A DNA stretch of 62,430 nt, filler included, from Barthelona sp. PAP020 (lineage: Eukaryota): the NCBI GenBank assembly GCA_040182905.1. It is 7 parts of 7 records of this genome, joined end to end, with 100 filler letters (N's around TTAATTAATTAA, not from the genome) between each part and the next. Parts side by side here need not be neighbours in the genome. Positions count along the whole stretch, not along the records: positions 53,681 to 62,430 come from JARQWU010000446.1; 6 more parts are not named here. The stretch is one strand, 5' to 3'. This document shows positions 58,984 to 62,430 of this stretch, piece after piece. Position 1 is the first letter of the stretch. Each line of letters begins with the position of its first letter. Under the pieces are notes generated by a model. The model was given only the letters and a program-made list of their open reading frames with translations, was not told the DNA's origin and did not search any database. A program made the position numbers and the translations under genes.

Positions 58984-61900
58984 CTACATGTCAAGATCAG
59001 GGAATGCGCCATCATCATCTTCATCATCATCTTTGGCAGCTTTTCGTCTGCGTCTGCGTTTCTTTTTGGATTTACCAGAAGCAGTTGTGTCAGTATTCAA
59101 AGCAGAAAGGAATGAATTTGCTGCCACATTTTGTTTTCTTGAACGACGATTTCTTGGTGTGTCTTCTTCTTCAACTTCTTGCAATTGACCACTTTGATGA
59201 ATTTCAATGTTTACATCCAATTCCATAGCTTCAACATCTTTTCTTTGTTCTTTCAACATTTTCTTAGCGTTAGCTTCAAGTAAAGTACCATCATCATCCT
59301 CAACAACAGCACTTTCAACAACTTCGGGCATATCATTTTCTTCATTCACCACTTCGTCAATGTTTTCTTCAAGAGTTTGAGAAGGTTGAATAAAAGCAGC
59401 GTTCAAATCAGTGATTTCTTCTTCATCCAATGTTTGACCAATATATTCAAGATAAGTGATCAACATTGAATGCAAAGCAACAGCTTCTTCTTCATTCAAT
59501 TCCATAACATTTTGTGAATCACAAATTTGTCTGACTTTGGCAATAACGTTGAAGTCAAAGTTAGAAATGATGACAGGAACCCATTCTCTGAATACGTTAT
59601 CAACTCTCTTGTATTTAATCAAAGACAAAGTAACAGTTGTGGCATTCTCTTTAGCAAATTGAAGTTCTGCAATAATTGATTTCAAGATTGCATCCAATTC
59701 TCTTTCAAACTCAGGTTTTTTAACAATACCAGTTTCAACTGAAGGAGGATATGTAAAATCTTCATCTAATAAAGTTGTCAACAATGTAATCAATGAATCC
59801 AACTTCAATTGAGGAATTGCGTAAGGTCTATCAGCATCCACTGATCCAGTAATTTCTTGATAAATAGTCAAATTCAATTCAGACCAAGATTTCTTCATCA
59901 ATGAAGCTAAGAAATGTTCAATAGCTTCAATACGATTTACAGGAATAATTTCAGGCAATCCAATTTCAATTTTAGTTGTATAATGGTCAATAAAATTAAC
60001 AATTGGTTCAGGAATCTTTGAAGTAATCATTTCCAGATACTTCTGTTGTTTTCCAGTCAATTGTAATTCTTCATTGTTTGTTAAAGCATCCTTAAATAAT
60101 TTAATCAAGTCTTTCTCAACACTAACTAATTCAACATTTCTTAAAACTTTGAATATCTTATTCAAATGACGAATACGTTCTTTATCGATAATGAACTTTT
60201 CTTCTTCCAAATAGGGATCTTCAGTTAATCTTGAAGGTTTAGAAGCTTCAGTAACTAACTTAACAAATGTGGAAGCTAAAATTGTGTTATCCTTCAAATC
60301 ATCCAATTTTTCAAGACATTTCTTTTCTTTAGCAGAAACATTATCCAAACAAGAAGTGTTAATAACATTAACTATGTTTTCTAATGTTTCCCTTTCAACA
60401 TCATGACCACTAATCAAATCATTGCAGACATTAGAAATTACATTACAATTTCTGCTGACTAAAGACTTGATCAATTCCTCATCTTGAGCATTGATATTGT
60501 ACTCTTCCATGCTTTCAAGAGCAAATTCATCATAACCATCTCTTAATTCATCAATGACTTGTCTTTCGTTCTTGAAAAGATCAAATCTGTTGATAATACT
60601 TAACAATTTAATCAAAAAGTCAAGTTTCTTAGGTCCAAGAGTCAAAGGTAAGACAAAATTCTTGTCTACATCATCCAAAGACAATATTTCTAACAAAATA
60701 ACAGCATCACTTTGACTTAACAACACAGGATTTTGAGTTTTGATTGAATTCTTCAACTTATCAATGACTTCTTGTTCTGCAGCTGAAGGAATCTCAAGTT
60801 CAATCTGTTCATAACATAATTGAGCTTCATCTGACACCAAAGAAGCAGGAATACTTAAATCAACAGCTTGCTTCAATTTACGAATGGTCTCTTCAAAATT
60901 AACTGCAAACTTGGATTTATGCTCTTCAATAACAGCTTGGGTACTATCAAAATTGAAAGATGCAACTAAGTCAGTTGCATTATTCACTTCTCTTGTATAA
61001 CGTGTGTGATTATAAAGATCGAGTAATAATTCATTATGTTTGTTTAACATGTTAGATACATACAAACATTCTAAAGGAGGTAATACAAGATCATCTCCAG
61101 TATTCGAATTAATCATGATTTCAGCAGCACACATTGCTTCTTCAGGTGTCATTTCCGATATTGGAACATTACATAATGCTTCAATACATTTATCTGTCTC
61201 TTTTTCATTCAATGTCTGAGTTTTATCTTCTAAATGAGATTTATGTAATTTTTCAGCTAATGCTTTGATATCCACATCAACTTCTTTCAAATCAGGAATA
61301 GAAGCTCTTTGAATCATTTCAACAGTATATTCAGCTTGTTGAATTGTAAATATTGCATTAAAGTCAATAGCAGAAGAAACTAAACTCAAAACTTCGGCAT
61401 GCTCAGGAGTAAATATATATGAAGGCAATTTCTGCAGATGCTTGTGCAAATCAGGAGCAGTGTTTTTATGTAAACCAACATCAACACCACAACGTATGGC
61501 AATTGTAAAACCAACCGCTATACAAGACATTTGAGGATCAACGATAGATGACAAAGTACCTTCATCAATATCCACATGTAAATATTTCAAAATTGGCATC
61601 AATTGAGTTCCCTCCATCTTCAACGAGGTTTCAACCATAGGTAAATCAGCGTTCTTGTGACGATTGACAATACCAACAATATCACCCCAAACCTTTTCCT
61701 CTTCACTGTCTAACACAGCACCATATTCCATAATGTTGGTATAAAGAGCAGTTAAGAGTTCTAATTCTTTGTATTGAAGTTCTAAAGACTTTTTGCTTTG
61801 AACAGCGTTTTTGACGTTGGACAGTAACTCATAACATTCAACAACAGTCATAACAGAACTGAGATCAACGTCTTCGTCAACAATATCTTCATCTGAATCC

Positions 61901-62430
61901 TCAACCGTAAATTTGGCATCTTTTCCTATTTCAACATCCATAGGCGTCATTAAAGATTGTAACAAATCAGTAGTACTAGCTTTAACAGTTTGTTTCGGTG
62001 TTTTAAGAACATCGCTCTCCATTTCATTTTCTAAATCACTGTTTTCTGATCCATTTAATTCATATTCATCGTCTGAAATGACTTCATTTTCTTCCAAAAT
62101 AGCATTGAATGTTTCTTTAATTTTTTTATCACTTTCTTCATCACTGTGAACTGTAACACTATCAGTTGCAGTATCATCAATATCTTCATCATCTCCAATC
62201 AATTTACTGAAGAAATCTTGTAAATTGGTGCCATCTTCATCAGCCATATTTCCTTCACCGGTAGCAGCAACTTCTTGCAATCCAGCCTTGGAAGCAGTCT
62301 TAATGAGAGTAGAAAGAGTTCTGACAGCATGTAACATGGGAGGTTCAGCTTGACCTTCTTTGGGTTGAGGTAGATTAGCAAGAGATGCAAGTAATTGAGA
62401 ATTACCAAGAAGATCAAAAGTCTTCTTTTT
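58984..62430 (-). CDS. Large acidic helical protein, 5' end beyond the window
   Basis: Frame stays open from 62430 to the stop at 58984; C-terminal KKKRRRRRK NLS-like patch. Confidence 0.65.
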   Translation of the reverse strand, partial: KKKTFDLLGNSQLLASLANLPQPKEGQAEPPMLHAVRTLSTLIKTASKAGLQEVAATGEGNMADEDGTNLQDFFSKLIGDDEDIDDTATDSVTVHSDEESDKKIKETFNAILEENEVISDDEYELNGSENSDLENEMESDVLKTPKQTVKASTTDLLQSLMTPMDVEIGKDAKFTVEDSDEDIVDEDVDLSSVMTVVECYELLSNVKNAVQSKKSLELQYKELELLTALYTNIMEYGAVLDSEEEKVWGDIVGIVNRHKNADLPMVETSLKMEGTQLMPILKYLHVDIDEGTLSSIVDPQMSCIAVGFTIAIRCGVDVGLHKNTAPDLHKHLQKLPSYIFTPEHAEVLSLVSSAIDFNAIFTIQQAEYTVEMIQRASIPDLKEVDVDIKALAEKLHKSHLEDKTQTLNEKETDKCIEALCNVPISEMTPEEAMCAAEIMINSNTGDDLVLPPLECLYVSNMLNKHNELLLDLYNHTRYTREVNNATDLVASFNFDSTQAVIEEHKSKFAVNFEETIRKLKQAVDLSIPASLVSDEAQLCYEQIELEIPSAAEQEVIDKLKNSIKTQNPVLLSQSDAVILLEILSLDDVDKNFVLPLTLGPKKLDFLIKLLSIINRFDLFKNERQVIDELRDGYDEFALESMEEYNINAQDEELIKSLVSRNCNVISNVCNDLISGHDVERETLENIVNVINTSCLDNVSAKEKKCLEKLDDLKDNTILASTFVKLVTEASKPSRLTEDPYLEEEKFIIDKERIRHLNKIFKVLRNVELVSVEKDLIKLFKDALTNNEELQLTGKQQKYLEMITSKIPEPIVNFIDHYTTKIEIGLPEIIPVNRIEAIEHFLASLMKKSWSELNLTIYQEITGSVDADRPYAIPQLKLDSLITLLTTLLDEDFTYPPSVETGIVKKPEFERELDAILKSIIAELQFAKENATTVTLSLIKYKRVDNVFREWVPVIISNFDFNVIAKVRQICDSQNVMELNEEEAVALHSMLITYLEYIGQTLDEEEITDLNAAFIQPSQTLEENIDEVVNEENDMPEVVESAVVEDDDGTLLEANAKKMLKEQRKDVEAMELDVNIEIHQSGQLQEVEEEDTPRNRRSRKQNVAANSFLSALNTDTTASGKSKKKRRRRRKAAKDDDEDDDGAFPDLDM

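Overview
AT-rich, gene-dense DNA from a unicellular eukaryote (standard code, few and tiny GT-AG introns; possibly a metamonad-like protist, but this cannot be settled from sequence alone). The window is about seven ~8.8-9.0 kb contigs joined by artificial N-TTAATTAATTAA-N spacers, so adjacency across spacers is meaningless. Host genes include separase, an ELMO-domain protein, a bacterial-type CoA-binding protein, a two-domain WRKY factor, Rab21, RPS29, DDRGK1, MSH4-like, PTH2, TrpRS, Eco1, a GOST 7TM protein, a DUSP and a serpin. Several genes are missing from the ORF track: the SPT16, BiP and H3 3' ends, RPS29, a Stm1/SERBP1-like gene and a candidate U5 snRNA. The standout is a compact ~4.2 kb tyrosine-recombinase retrotransposon. 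It has one uninterrupted ORF fusing a Gag-like region, RT, RNase H and YR, has no LTRs, long ITRs or split direct repeats, and lies in head-to-tail multimers. One junction shows re-copied 3' termini, a template-jump-like signature. A family of ~400 bp non-coding, also tandem, non-autonomous elements shares its two ends.
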